NCBI GenBank assembly: GCA_943370455.1
Contig: CALRQW020000001.1
Coordinates: 377,506 to 441,505, forward strand
Length of the DNA: 64,000 nt
Source of the DNA: Asaia bogorensis
GTDB taxonomy: Bacteria; Cyanobacteriota; Cyanobacteriia; PCC-6307; Cyanobiaceae
Direction: 5' to 3'
Part shown: positions 31,509-39,875 of the stretch, piece after piece
Layout: each line of letters opens with the position of its first letter
How positions within the stretch are numbered: the first letter of the stretch is position 1
The notes under the pieces: model-generated
Told to the model about the DNA's origin: nothing
The model's database searches: none
What the model saw: the letters and a program-made list of their open reading frames with translations, nothing else
Position numbers and translations under genes: made by a program

Positions 31509-32115
31509 GGGTGCGGTGCAGCGTGGCCAGCCGCACCAGCTCCGAGCCACTCACGCCGAGCTTGGCGGCCACGCTTTTGCGATAGGTCTCCACCGTGGCC
31601 ACGCTGAGCTCCAACCGGGCAGCGATTTCCTTATTGAGCAGCCCGCAGCCCAGTTCACGCACCAGCCGCTGCTCCCGCGGACTGAGCCGATCGATCGCTG
31701 CCAGCTGCTGCTCACAACCTTGCATGGCCGTTGCGATCCCACCGCAGAGACTCTGCTTCCAGGGCATCAACACGGTCAGCAGCTGATCCCAAGCCTGGGC
31801 CTTATCCACCACGCCAATCGTGAAGGGCTTCAGATCAGCAGGGGGCTCGAACTGAGAGGCCAAGGCCGTAATGAACAACAGCTCAGCCTCCGGCCTGCGC
31901 TGCAGGAGCGGATCAGCCGCACCGCGATAACACTCACCACCCAACTCCACATCGAGCACCAACAGACGGGGTGGAGAAACGCGGATCAGGGCAACAACCT
32001 CCTGCACCGAAGCACAAACCCCGGTGACGTTCAGGCCGGCCACTTCAGACAACACACCAGCGATGGCCTGGCCCACCATGCGGTGATCGTCGAGAACAAC
32101 AACATCCAAAACCAC
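31474..32115 (-). CDS. NarL/LuxR-family response regulator
   Basis: VVLDDHRMV, LLVLDVEL, LSPREQRLVR...G..NKEIA..LELSVATVETYR. Confidence 0.92.
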   Translation of the reverse strand: MVLDVVVLDDHRMVGQAIAGVLSEVAGLNVTGVCASVQEVVALIRVSPPRLLVLDVELGGECYRGAADPLLQRRPEAELLFITALASQFEPPADLKPFTIGVVDKAQAWDQLLTVLMPWKQSLCGGIATAMQGCEQQLAAIDRLSPREQRLVRELGCGLLNKEIAARLELSVATVETYRKSVAAKLGVSGSELVRLATLHRTLRWDAGSPAAV

Positions 32116-32173
32116 ACCAATCGCCGACCTACAAGTGTTCTACACCCTCAAGGTGAAGCGCATGTCCCCAAAT

Positions 32174-32183
32174 GGGGGGGGGG
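32174..32183. repeat. G10 homopolymer tract upstream of the response regulator
   Basis: aatGGGGGGGGGGtagcc read directly. Confidence 0.9.
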
Positions 32184-32345
32184 TAGCCAGGCGGAGATGG
32201 ATTTGAGGCTTAAATGCAAGATCTGCATAAGCGGATCCACAGCAATCTGCCTCGACTTCTGCACACACAAGCAGCACACCACCACACCACCCATCCCAAT
32301 TCAGGGATCCGCAAACAAGGATCTAGGCGCACAAGCGCACTCGAC

Positions 32346-32365
32346 CAATCCTTAAGCAATCCTTA
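32346..32365 (+). promoter_or_regulatory. Direct repeat CAATCCTTA x2 (11-bp period) just upstream of an RHH gene
   Basis: Copies at 32346 and 32357. Confidence 0.4.
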
Positions 32366-32370
32366 CGGCA

Positions 32371-32589
32371 GTGCCGATGGTTTCTCTCAACGCTCGCTCA
32401 GGCTCCAGCTTCCGCTCCAGCCAGCGCCTCACCATCACCGTGGCCTACTCCACCCTGGATGCCCTGATTGAGCGCAGCAACCGTGAGGGCCGCTCCCTCA
32501 GCAACCTGGCGGCATATTTGCTGGAGAGCTCCCTCGATCGCCGCGGCGCTGAATCCACTTCTGCACCTCCACAGCAAGCAACACACTGA
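32371..32589 (+). CDS. Ribbon-helix-helix (CopG/Arc-like) DNA-binding protein
   Basis: QRLTITVAYSTLDALIERSNREGRSLSNLAAYLLE. Confidence 0.8.
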   Translation: MPMVSLNARSGSSFRSSQRLTITVAYSTLDALIERSNREGRSLSNLAAYLLESSLDRRGAESTSAPPQQATH

Positions 32590-35098
32590 GGCTCAACGCC
32601 AGCTGCACCAGCCACTGCTGCAGCGGCAGTGGCCCGGTGCCCAATAGATGTTGGCCCCAAGAGCTGTGCATCATCAACACGTGCAGAGCAAAAGCGGCCG
32701 CCGTGCCCACCAGCAGCAGCGGCGATCGCAGCGGTGAGGCGCTGAACACGGAATGCCTCTCCAGGCGGCAATTGCCGATCTGCACGTTTTCAAACAACAC
32801 CATCTGAAGCAGCAACGCGTTGCGGGCCTGCTCGAGCGGCCAGCCCCGCTGCAGCAGCGCTGCATACAGCGCAAAGCCCACCACCCCCATCACGAGGGCG
32901 GCGAGCACGGTGCGCTGGCGCATCAGGCGATTGAACACCGGTTCCTGCGGCGGCCTGGGCCGCTGGCGCAACACATCGCCCTCGGCCGGTTCAATGGCGA
33001 GGGCGACATCCTGCACACCATTGGTGGCCAGATTCAGCCAGAGCAGCTGCACCGGCAGCAGCGGCAGGGGTAGCCCACTGGCCACCGCCAACGTGATCAG
33101 CACAATCTCGGCCGCGCCCGACGACACCAGCAGCGCAATCACCTTGCGCACATTGGCGTAGGCGATCCGGCCCTCCTCGATGCCAGCCACGATCGAAGCG
33201 AAGCCGTCGTCGGCCAACACCAAATCGGCCGCCTCCCGAGCCACATCGGTGCCGCTGCGCCCCATGGCAATGCCGATCTGGGCGGCCCGCAGCGCCGGGG
33301 CATCGTTCACGCCATCACCGGTAACAGCCACAAAATGGCCGGCCCGCTGTGCCGCCTGCACCAGCTGCAGCTTCTGATGAGGTGCCATGCGCGCAAACAC
33401 GCAGCGGCTGGCCACCAGGCGCTGCAGCTGCCGCGGGCTGGCCTGCTCCAGCTCGCGGCCCTCCACCACCGCATCGCGGCCCTGCAGCAAGCCGAGTTGG
33501 CGGGCGATGGCTGCCGCCGTGATGGGGTGATCGCCCGTGATCATCCAAACGCGAATGCCCGCTTCATGGCAACGCTGCACCGCCAGCGCTGCGCCCGGCC
33601 GCAGCGGATCCATCAACCCCAACAACCCCAGGCAGTCGAGGCCACTGGGCTCTGGTGGGGTGGGCTGCTCACCCAGCGGCTCGAGGCCTCGGCCCTCGGC
33701 CAAAGCCAAGACCCGCAGCCCCTCGCCCGCCAGCGCTACGGCCTGCTCCAGCCAGTGCCGCTGCATGGCTGGGCTGGCGTTGCACATCGGCAACACACGC
33801 TCCGGAGCGCCCTTGACCAGCACGCTAATCCCGCCGGTGCGGGCGGCATGAAAGCTGGCGGCGAAGCGGTGTTCAGGCTCAAAAGGAATCGCATTGCGCT
33901 GGGGCTCCGCCAGCAGCGCCCGCTCCCGGCTCAAGCCCTGCTGGCGGGCGAACTGCAGCAGCGCCACATCGGTGGGATCACCGCGACCCACCCAATCGCC
34001 ATCGCGGCAATGCAGATCCGCTTCATTGCAGAGCACAGCAGCCCGCGCCAGCCGCTCCAGCGCCACGCCATCGGCGGGAAACACCCGCTCCACCGAGAGC
34101 TGATTGCAGGTGAGCGTGCCGGTTTTGTCGCTGGCGATCAGGGTGCAACTGCCCAATCCCTCCACAGCGGGGAGCCGCCGCACGATCACCTGGCGCTGCG
34201 CCATGCGGTGGCTGGCCACTGCCAGAGCCACCGTGAGCGCCACGGGCAGCCCCTCGGGGATGGCTGACACCGCTAAGGCCACGGCAAACAGCAGCGCCTC
34301 CATCAGCGAAATGCCGCCGCGCGCCATGGCCAGCCACCCCACCGCGAGGGCCGCCAGGCTCACCAGCAGACCGATGTTGTGGCTGAAGCGATCGAGACGC
34401 TGCAGCAGCGGCGGCCGCCCGGGCTGAATCGTTTGCAGATCGCTGGCCAGCCGCCCCACCTCGGTGGCCTGGCCCGTGGCCACCACCAGCCCAACCCCGC
34501 GGCCCCTCGCCACCGTGCTGCCGGCATGGGCCATGGTGCAGCGCTCAGCCAAGGGCGTGTCGTCGGGCAGCTGCGCCTGGGCGTATTTGTGCACCGGCAG
34601 GGATTCACCGGTGAGTAGCGCCTCATCCAGCTCGAGGTTGTGGCTGCGCAGCAGGCGCAGATCCGCCGGCACCACCTGGCCGCTCTCCAGCCACACCGCA
34701 TCGCCCACCACCAGCGTTTCGGCATCGCAAAGCACCACCTCGCCATCGCGGCGCACCAGGGCCTGCACCCGCAACAGCTGGCGCAGCGCATGGCTGCGGC
34801 GCTCCGCCTTCCATTCCTGCAGCCCGCCCACCAAAGCGTTGAGCAGCAGCACAGCGGCGATGAACAGTGCATCCTTGCGGTCGCCCACCGCCAGTGACAG
34901 CAGCGCCGCCACCAGCAGCACCGCGATCAAGGGGCTGGCGAACTGGCGCAGCAACAGCGCGGCCAGGCTGGGAACCGAGGCCTGCGGCAGGCGATTGGGG
35001 CCATCTGCCGCCAGCCGCCGCTCCGCCTCAGCACCCGTGAGGCCGTCGGCGCTGCCGGAGGGCAAGCGGGCATGCCAGGGAGTGGGATCGTTCGGCAT
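32498..35098 (-). CDS. Cation-transporting P-type ATPase, type IIA (Ca2+/CtpF-like)
   Basis: LTGES, AIPEGLP, DKTGTLT, KGAPE, MITGDH, TGDGVNDAPAL, LLWLNL. Confidence 0.95.
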   Translation of the reverse strand: MPNDPTPWHARLPSGSADGLTGAEAERRLAADGPNRLPQASVPSLAALLLRQFASPLIAVLLVAALLSLAVGDRKDALFIAAVLLLNALVGGLQEWKAERRSHALRQLLRVQALVRRDGEVVLCDAETLVVGDAVWLESGQVVPADLRLLRSHNLELDEALLTGESLPVHKYAQAQLPDDTPLAERCTMAHAGSTVARGRGVGLVVATGQATEVGRLASDLQTIQPGRPPLLQRLDRFSHNIGLLVSLAALAVGWLAMARGGISLMEALLFAVALAVSAIPEGLPVALTVALAVASHRMAQRQVIVRRLPAVEGLGSCTLIASDKTGTLTCNQLSVERVFPADGVALERLARAAVLCNEADLHCRDGDWVGRGDPTDVALLQFARQQGLSRERALLAEPQRNAIPFEPEHRFAASFHAARTGGISVLVKGAPERVLPMCNASPAMQRHWLEQAVALAGEGLRVLALAEGRGLEPLGEQPTPPEPSGLDCLGLLGLMDPLRPGAALAVQRCHEAGIRVWMITGDHPITAAAIARQLGLLQGRDAVVEGRELEQASPRQLQRLVASRCVFARMAPHQKLQLVQAAQRAGHFVAVTGDGVNDAPALRAAQIGIAMGRSGTDVAREAADLVLADDGFASIVAGIEEGRIAYANVRKVIALLVSSGAAEIVLITLAVASGLPLPLLPVQLLWLNLATNGVQDVALAIEPAEGDVLRQRPRPPQEPVFNRLMRQRTVLAALVMGVVGFALYAALLQRGWPLEQARNALLLQMVLFENVQIGNCRLERHSVFSASPLRSPLLLVGTAAAFALHVLMMHSSWGQHLLGTGPLPLQQWLVQLALSLSVLLAVEVQKWIQRRGDRGSSPANMPPGC

Positions 35099-35149
35099 CA
35101 CCCCAAACCTCTAGCCCGATCGCAGCGGCGCGGCAGCCGGCCGCATTGC

Positions 35150-35338
35150 CTAGGCGTTGATCTCAGCGTGCATCGCCCAGAGGGCGGCATAGAGCGGCCG
35201 CATCTGGCGATCGATCCGCGCCACATCGGCGGGGCTGGAGCGGCGATGGCAAAGGGTTTGCAGCAAGGCCTGGATCTGCGTCTGCAGCTCGGTGATCCGC
35301 CGCTGGTAACAAGTGGTGGTGATGGGCAGGGTGGTCAT
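35150..35338 (-). CDS. Hypothetical small helical protein (62 aa)
   Basis: 1-nt overlap with the upstream gene's stop; amphipathic helices. Confidence 0.6.
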   Translation of the reverse strand: MTTLPITTTCYQRRITELQTQIQALLQTLCHRRSSPADVARIDRQMRPLYAALWAMHAEINA

Positions 35339-35580
35339 CAGGCCTCAACCTCCACCGGGCTGGCGGCGCGGTCGTCTGCCGCGGCGGTGCGCAGGCGCCA
35401 GCCCTGATCGCCATCGGGCTCGATCACCATCAGCCGCTCCCCGCGCAGCAGCGCGTGGCTATCGGTGATGCCCTTCACGTAGCCAGCGAGAAACCAGAGG
35501 GTCATGCCGGCCTGTTCACCGCTGAGCAATTGATCAAGGCTCTCCGCCGAGACACCGATCTCCCAGTTGCCGTTGTTCAT
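35338..35580 (-). CDS. Hypothetical protein (80 aa)
   Basis: From ATG 35580, MNNGNWEIGVSAESL...LWFLAGYVKGI; coupled to the next ORF. Confidence 0.55.
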   Translation of the reverse strand: MNNGNWEIGVSAESLDQLLSGEQAGMTLWFLAGYVKGITDSHALLRGERLMVIEPDGDQGWRLRTAAADDRAASPVEVEA

Positions 35581-35701
35581 CCCACGACTCCATCGCGTGC
35601 ACCCCACCAGCCTGAGGGCAGAACCCCTGCAGCAGCCCCGCCTGCGGCTGTGCTGCTGCAGTTGTGCTCAAGGGCGAGGCCAGAGCCGGCGTAGCAGCAG
35701 T

Positions 35702-35848
35702 TCAGCGGTTCCGCCGCTCCAGCGAGGCTTCGATGATCGTTTGGCAGAGATTGCTCACGCTGCGGGCCTGTTCTCCGGCCAAGCGGCGCAACACAGCATG
35801 CACCTCAGGTGTGAGGTTCACCGTGACGCGGCTGTTGCGCAACGGCAT
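35702..35848 (-). CDS. Ribbon-helix-helix DNA-binding protein
   Basis: From ATG 35848: NSRVTVNLTPEVHAVLRRLAGEQARSVSNLCQTIIE. Confidence 0.75.
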   Translation of the reverse strand: MPLRNSRVTVNLTPEVHAVLRRLAGEQARSVSNLCQTIIEASLERRNR

Positions 35849-35936
35849 CCCCCCCGGCTGCTCGGGCGACTGCCGACGATCTGGACCCATCACAGCTGGC
35901 ACGAAGAGCGCCGCTGTTCTACAGCAGATCTACAGG

Positions 35937-36155
35937 CTAACTATCGCCATGTTCGAGGCGCTCCACACGCTCCTGCAGCTGATGCAGCTGCTCGGCCATC
36001 TCCTGGGGATCCGGCAGCGCTGGATAGCCGAGATCGCGGCGCACCAGGTTGGCCACATAGGCCGTGATGCTGAGGCCTTGTTCCGCGGCACGCTGCTTGA
36101 TGGCCTCGATGAGCTCCTGCGGCAAAACCATCGAGAGCTGCTTACGGGGCGTCAC
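35937..36155 (-). CDS. Ribbon-helix-helix protein with C-terminal coiled coil
   Basis: RKQLSMVLPQELIEAIKQRAAEQGLSITAYVANLVR...LHQLQERVERLE. Confidence 0.75.
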   Translation of the reverse strand: MTPRKQLSMVLPQELIEAIKQRAAEQGLSITAYVANLVRRDLGYPALPDPQEMAEQLHQLQERVERLEHGDS

Positions 36156-36281
36156 GACGATCGAAAGTCCAAAGAAAGTAATGCGTTGGCAGGCCGCACA
36201 AAGACCAGCCCAACCGTTGCAATTAAGCGCATCGGACTGCAGCAGTCTGCAGCAATTTTTTGCGCTGCGTTCAGATCCACA

Positions 36282-36776
36282 TCAGGCGCCGCTGGCGTAC
36301 AGCCCCATGAGCTCAGCCCGCCCCAGGGCGTGGGCCTCGATCGCCGCCCGCAGATCAAACACCGAGCAACCAGGCGGCAGATCCAGGGACGCATCCAATG
36401 CCACCAGCTCAAAGCGATAGCGATGGGCCAGGCCCGCCGGCGGCAACGGGCCCTGATAGCCGATCCGCTCAAAGCGGCCCACCCCCCAGCAGCTTCCGTG
36501 GCGGGCGCCATTGGGCAGCTCAGGTGCCCGCTCCAACCCGGCCGGCAGCGCCCGCAGCGCAGCTGGGATGTTGAACAGCAGCCAGTGCACCCAACTGCCG
36601 GCCGGTGAATCCAGATCTTCCAGCAGCAGGGCGTAGCTGCGGGTGTGCTCCGGCGCACCGCTCCAGCGCAGCGGCGGCGAGAGGTTGAGCCCCTCGCCGG
36701 TGTGAATGAGCGGGATCAGCTCGCCATCGCGGAAAGCCGGCGATTCGAGGTGGAAGGTTCCATTGCTGCTCACCAT
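36282..36776 (-). CDS. YbhB/YbcL-family (PEBP, Raf kinase inhibitor-like) protein
   Basis: From ATG 36776: LESPAF.DGELIP, SPPL.WS, DLDSP.G.WVHWLLFNIP, GPLPP.G..HRY.F. Confidence 0.92.
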   Translation of the reverse strand: MVSSNGTFHLESPAFRDGELIPLIHTGEGLNLSPPLRWSGAPEHTRSYALLLEDLDSPAGSWVHWLLFNIPAALRALPAGLERAPELPNGARHGSCWGVGRFERIGYQGPLPPAGLAHRYRFELVALDASLDLPPGCSVFDLRAAIEAHALGRAELMGLYASGA

Positions 36777-36931
36777 GCGCGCAGGGCCCAGGCACTGGCG
36801 CCAGGGTGCGCGCCTCGATCCCCGCTGAACGCCGCAGCCGCAGCATCCCAGCGCCGGCGCTGCGGCTGTGCCGCCCCAACCGCCGGATCCAGGCCAGCGC
36901 CATAAATCACAAGCAGCGATGGGAGCTGGCT

Positions 36932-37042
36932 GTGGTGCCTGTGATTCCGGTGTCTCTGGCGGTGCAGCTCTGCCTGGCCTTGGTGGCTCTCGGCCTGCTG
37001 GTGTTCGCGATGGCCGCCATGCAGCAGCTGTGGAACCGCTAA
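36932..37042 (+). CDS. Putative single-TM small protein (about 36 aa) overlapping the capA start
   Basis: GGGAG RBS at 36921; GTG starts at 36932/36935/36941; hydrophobic VQLCLALVALGLLVFAMAAM. Confidence 0.45.
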   Translation: MVPVIPVSLAVQLCLALVALGLLVFAMAAMQQLWNR

Positions 37043-38199
37043 CCCTCAAGCTGCTGCTGGGGGGTGATCTGATGCTCGGCCGTGGCATCGATCAGCAGAT
37101 GCCCCAGCACTGCGATCCAACCGTGCACGAGGCGGTGGTGCGCGATGCACGCCACTACGCGCAGCTCGCCGAGCAGATCCATGGCCCGATGGCGGCGCCG
37201 TTCCAACCCGCCACACCCTGGGGCCAGAGCCTGGCCTGGATGGAGCAGTTCAACCCCGAGCTGCGGCTGGTGAATCTGGAAACAGCCATCACCACCAGCT
37301 CCAAACCTTGGCCGGGCAAAGGCGTGCACTTCCGCATGCACCCCGCCAACATCACAGCCCTGCAGGCGGCTCGCCTCGATGGCTGCAGCCTGGCCAACAA
37401 CCACAGCCTCGACTGGGGCTTCAATGGCCTGGCCGACACCCTGCGCTGCCTGCGCCAGGCGGGCATCCAGGCCGCCGGCGCAGGCCTCAGCCCCCATCAG
37501 GCACAGCGACCGGCGCGGTGGCAGCTGGGTGATGGCCGCGAGCTGTTGCTGTTCGCCTGGGCCTTCACCAGCAGTGGCGTTCCGCCGGCCTGGGCCGCCC
37601 TGCCCTGCCGCCCCGGCGTGGCCCTGTTGAGCGGGATCAACAACGGCAGCGTGAAATGGATGTGCCGTTGCATCAACCGCCAGCGGCGCCCGGGGGATCG
37701 CGTGGTGGTGGCGTTGCACTGGGGGGCCAATTGGGTGCCGGTGGTGCCGGAGCAACACCGCTGGCTGGCACGCCAACTGATTGAACTGGCCGGGGTGGAT
37801 GTGGTGTTCGGCCATTCCTCCCACCACCCACTGCCCCTGGAGATCCATCAGGGCCGGCTGATCCTCTACGGCTGCGGCGATCTGATCAACGACTACGAAG
37901 GCCTGCCGCCGCGCGACCCCTGGCGCTCTGATCTGGTGTGCCTCTACGGGGTGGAGCTGGAGCGCCGCAGCGGTGCTCTCAGAGGCCTCGAGCTGCAGCC
38001 GTTTCAGCTGCGGGGCTTCCAGCTGCAGGAGGCATCAGCTGCCGATCGCCAACTGCTCGAGCACCAACTGGGCCTGGAAGCCGCTCCGGCGGGTTGGCGT
38101 TGCCGGAGCGAAGGCCACGGCTGGCGGCTGGAACGGCAACGCAGCAGCGCTGCAGCATTGGCACCCCAGCCCCACGCCACCCCGTTGAGCCATCCATAG
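37030..38199 (+). CDS. CapA-family (poly-gamma-glutamate synthesis/metallophosphatase-fold) protein, cytoplasmic Rv0574c-like type
   Basis: GTG 37030: LLLGGDLMLGRGIDQ, VNLETAIT, LANNHSLDWG, LHWGANW, GHSSHH, LYGCGDLINDYEG. Confidence 0.9.
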   Translation: MEPLTLKLLLGGDLMLGRGIDQQMPQHCDPTVHEAVVRDARHYAQLAEQIHGPMAAPFQPATPWGQSLAWMEQFNPELRLVNLETAITTSSKPWPGKGVHFRMHPANITALQAARLDGCSLANNHSLDWGFNGLADTLRCLRQAGIQAAGAGLSPHQAQRPARWQLGDGRELLLFAWAFTSSGVPPAWAALPCRPGVALLSGINNGSVKWMCRCINRQRRPGDRVVVALHWGANWVPVVPEQHRWLARQLIELAGVDVVFGHSSHHPLPLEIHQGRLILYGCGDLINDYEGLPPRDPWRSDLVCLYGVELERRSGALRGLELQPFQLRGFQLQEASAADRQLLEHQLGLEAAPAGWRCRSEGHGWRLERQRSSAAALAPQPHATPLSHP

Positions 38200-38226
38200 G
38201 TTGCGCCGGTCCACGCCGCCGCCGCC

Positions 38227-38952
38227 ATGATCCAGCTGATCGACAACCTCCCCGCCGGCACCCTGGGGTTCAGCTGCGGCGGCCAGATCAGCGGCGACGA
38301 CATGCAGCGCGTCGTGATCCCGCAGGTGGAAGCGGCACTGCTGGAGCATGAGCGGATCAAAGCACTGGTGATGCTCCAGAGCGACTTTGAAGGCCTCAGC
38401 CTGGAGGCCGCCTGGGACGACACCAATCTGGGCCTGCGCCACTGGGATGGCTTTGACCGCCTGGCGGTGGTGACCGACCTGGGCTGGGTTCGGCAGGCCA
38501 GTCGAGCCCTCGCCCTGCTGTTGCCCTACCCGGTACAGCAGTTCAACCTCAGCGACTTTGAAGGCGCACGGCGCTGGCTGAGCGAATCGCTGGGCACCGT
38601 GCACCTGGAGCGGCAGGGGGAGGTGATCACCATCAGCCTGATCGGCTTGCTCGATCCAGAGGTGTATGCCCGCATCGACGACGACCTGGCCAACCTGTTC
38701 AGCCAAGTGGATCACCCACGGGTGTTGCTGGATCTGCGGCAGTTCGATGGATGGCTAGCCCTGGGGGCCCTGCGGCAGCATCTGGCCTTGGTCCGCGATT
38801 ACCGCCACCGCGCCCAGAAGCTGGCGGTGGTGAGCAATGGCCCCTTGATGCAGCTGGCGCCGCGGCTGATCAAAACCTTCAGCCACGCCGACACCCAAAC
38901 CTTCAGCAGCAGTGATCTGCTCGCCGCCCAGGACTGGATCTGCGGCGACTGA
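38227..38952 (+). CDS. Tandem STAS/SEC14 (SpoIIAA-like) domain protein
   Basis: Two repeats: F.G.SLEA.WDD..LG.RH...FDRLAVVTD..W and FDGW..LGALRQHL......R...KLAVV. Confidence 0.85.
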   Translation: MIQLIDNLPAGTLGFSCGGQISGDDMQRVVIPQVEAALLEHERIKALVMLQSDFEGLSLEAAWDDTNLGLRHWDGFDRLAVVTDLGWVRQASRALALLLPYPVQQFNLSDFEGARRWLSESLGTVHLERQGEVITISLIGLLDPEVYARIDDDLANLFSQVDHPRVLLDLRQFDGWLALGALRQHLALVRDYRHRAQKLAVVSNGPLMQLAPRLIKTFSHADTQTFSSSDLLAAQDWICGD

Positions 38953-39013
38953 GCCGCAGAACTCGCCGCCGCCAACACGCATCCTTTGGCTGGGTGGGAC
39001 TGCGCTCTGTGCC

Positions 39014-39322
39014 ATGAACACCCAGCACTGCCAAACCTGCTCCTACTGGGATCAAGCCCACGGCCTGGAGATGACCTCCATAGGTGCGATCGCTCCGTGC
39101 ACCCGCCATGCGCCCAACTTGTTCACGCTCGAAAGCGTGGAGATCAGTGAGGCCGCACAACAGTTCAGCGGCTACTCCCTTGGCGATGGCCTCAGCGACA
39201 TGCAACTGCCGATGGCGCTCTGGCCATACACCAACCGCAACCAGATCTGCGGCGATTACAAACCCTGCGATCTGGAAGAAAACGTGCGGCGTTGCCGGCA
39301 GCGAGCCACGCCGCTGATCTGA
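39014..39322 (+). CDS. Small Cys-rich hypothetical protein (putative metal-binding)
   Basis: CQTCSYW...CTRHAP...WPYT....ICGDY. Confidence 0.6.
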   Translation: MNTQHCQTCSYWDQAHGLEMTSIGAIAPCTRHAPNLFTLESVEISEAAQQFSGYSLGDGLSDMQLPMALWPYTNRNQICGDYKPCDLEENVRRCRQRATPLI

Positions 39323-39403
39323 GCCGAATGGCCTGCTCCGCAGGATCGATGAGAGGGGCATTCATAGCTTGAAAGAGCCATTGATCTCCCAAGAGGCATT
39401 CCA

Positions 39404-39838
39404 ATGAGTCTGATCAAGTGGGAACCCCTCACTGACATCGAAGCGATGGTGGATCGCGCCTTCAGTTGGCCCAACCTCCGCCTAGGAACTTCGATGCCAC
39501 TGAGCGAATGGGGTCCGCGGGTGGATATCTGCGAAAGCGACGGAACCTATTTGTTCAAGGCCGACATTCCCGGCATGAACAAAGAGGATGTGTCGGTATC
39601 GATCGCCGAAGACATGCTCACCATCCAAGGTGAACGTAAGCGTGAAAGCGAGGAAACCCGGCCCCATTTCCATCGGGTGGAGCGCTCCTATGGCAGCTTC
39701 AGCCGCAGCTTCTCCCTGCCCGAGGATGCCGATCGCACAACCGTGCATGCCCACTGTGAAAACGGCGAGCTCACCGTGAGCATTGCCAAGAAGGCGGGTG
39801 CCGAAGAGGCCAAGCCGCTCAGCATTCCGGTGGAGTAA
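39404..39838 (+). CDS. Hsp20/alpha-crystallin small heat-shock protein
   Basis: PRVDICE, ADIPGM.KEDV, L.I.GER, ERSYGSFSRSFSLP, ENGEL.V. Confidence 0.96.
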   Translation: MSLIKWEPLTDIEAMVDRAFSWPNLRLGTSMPLSEWGPRVDICESDGTYLFKADIPGMNKEDVSVSIAEDMLTIQGERKRESEETRPHFHRVERSYGSFSRSFSLPEDADRTTVHAHCENGELTVSIAKKAGAEEAKPLSIPVE

Positions 39839-39875
39839 GTCCAACGCCCCGCAGGTGCCCCTGCGGGGCAACCGC

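Noticed and set aside
37030-38199. Treating this capA as part of the pgsBC operon
   Set aside because: It is 9 kb away, has no signal peptide, and resembles the stress-associated Rv0574c type; the pgs-linked CapA is 45140-47197
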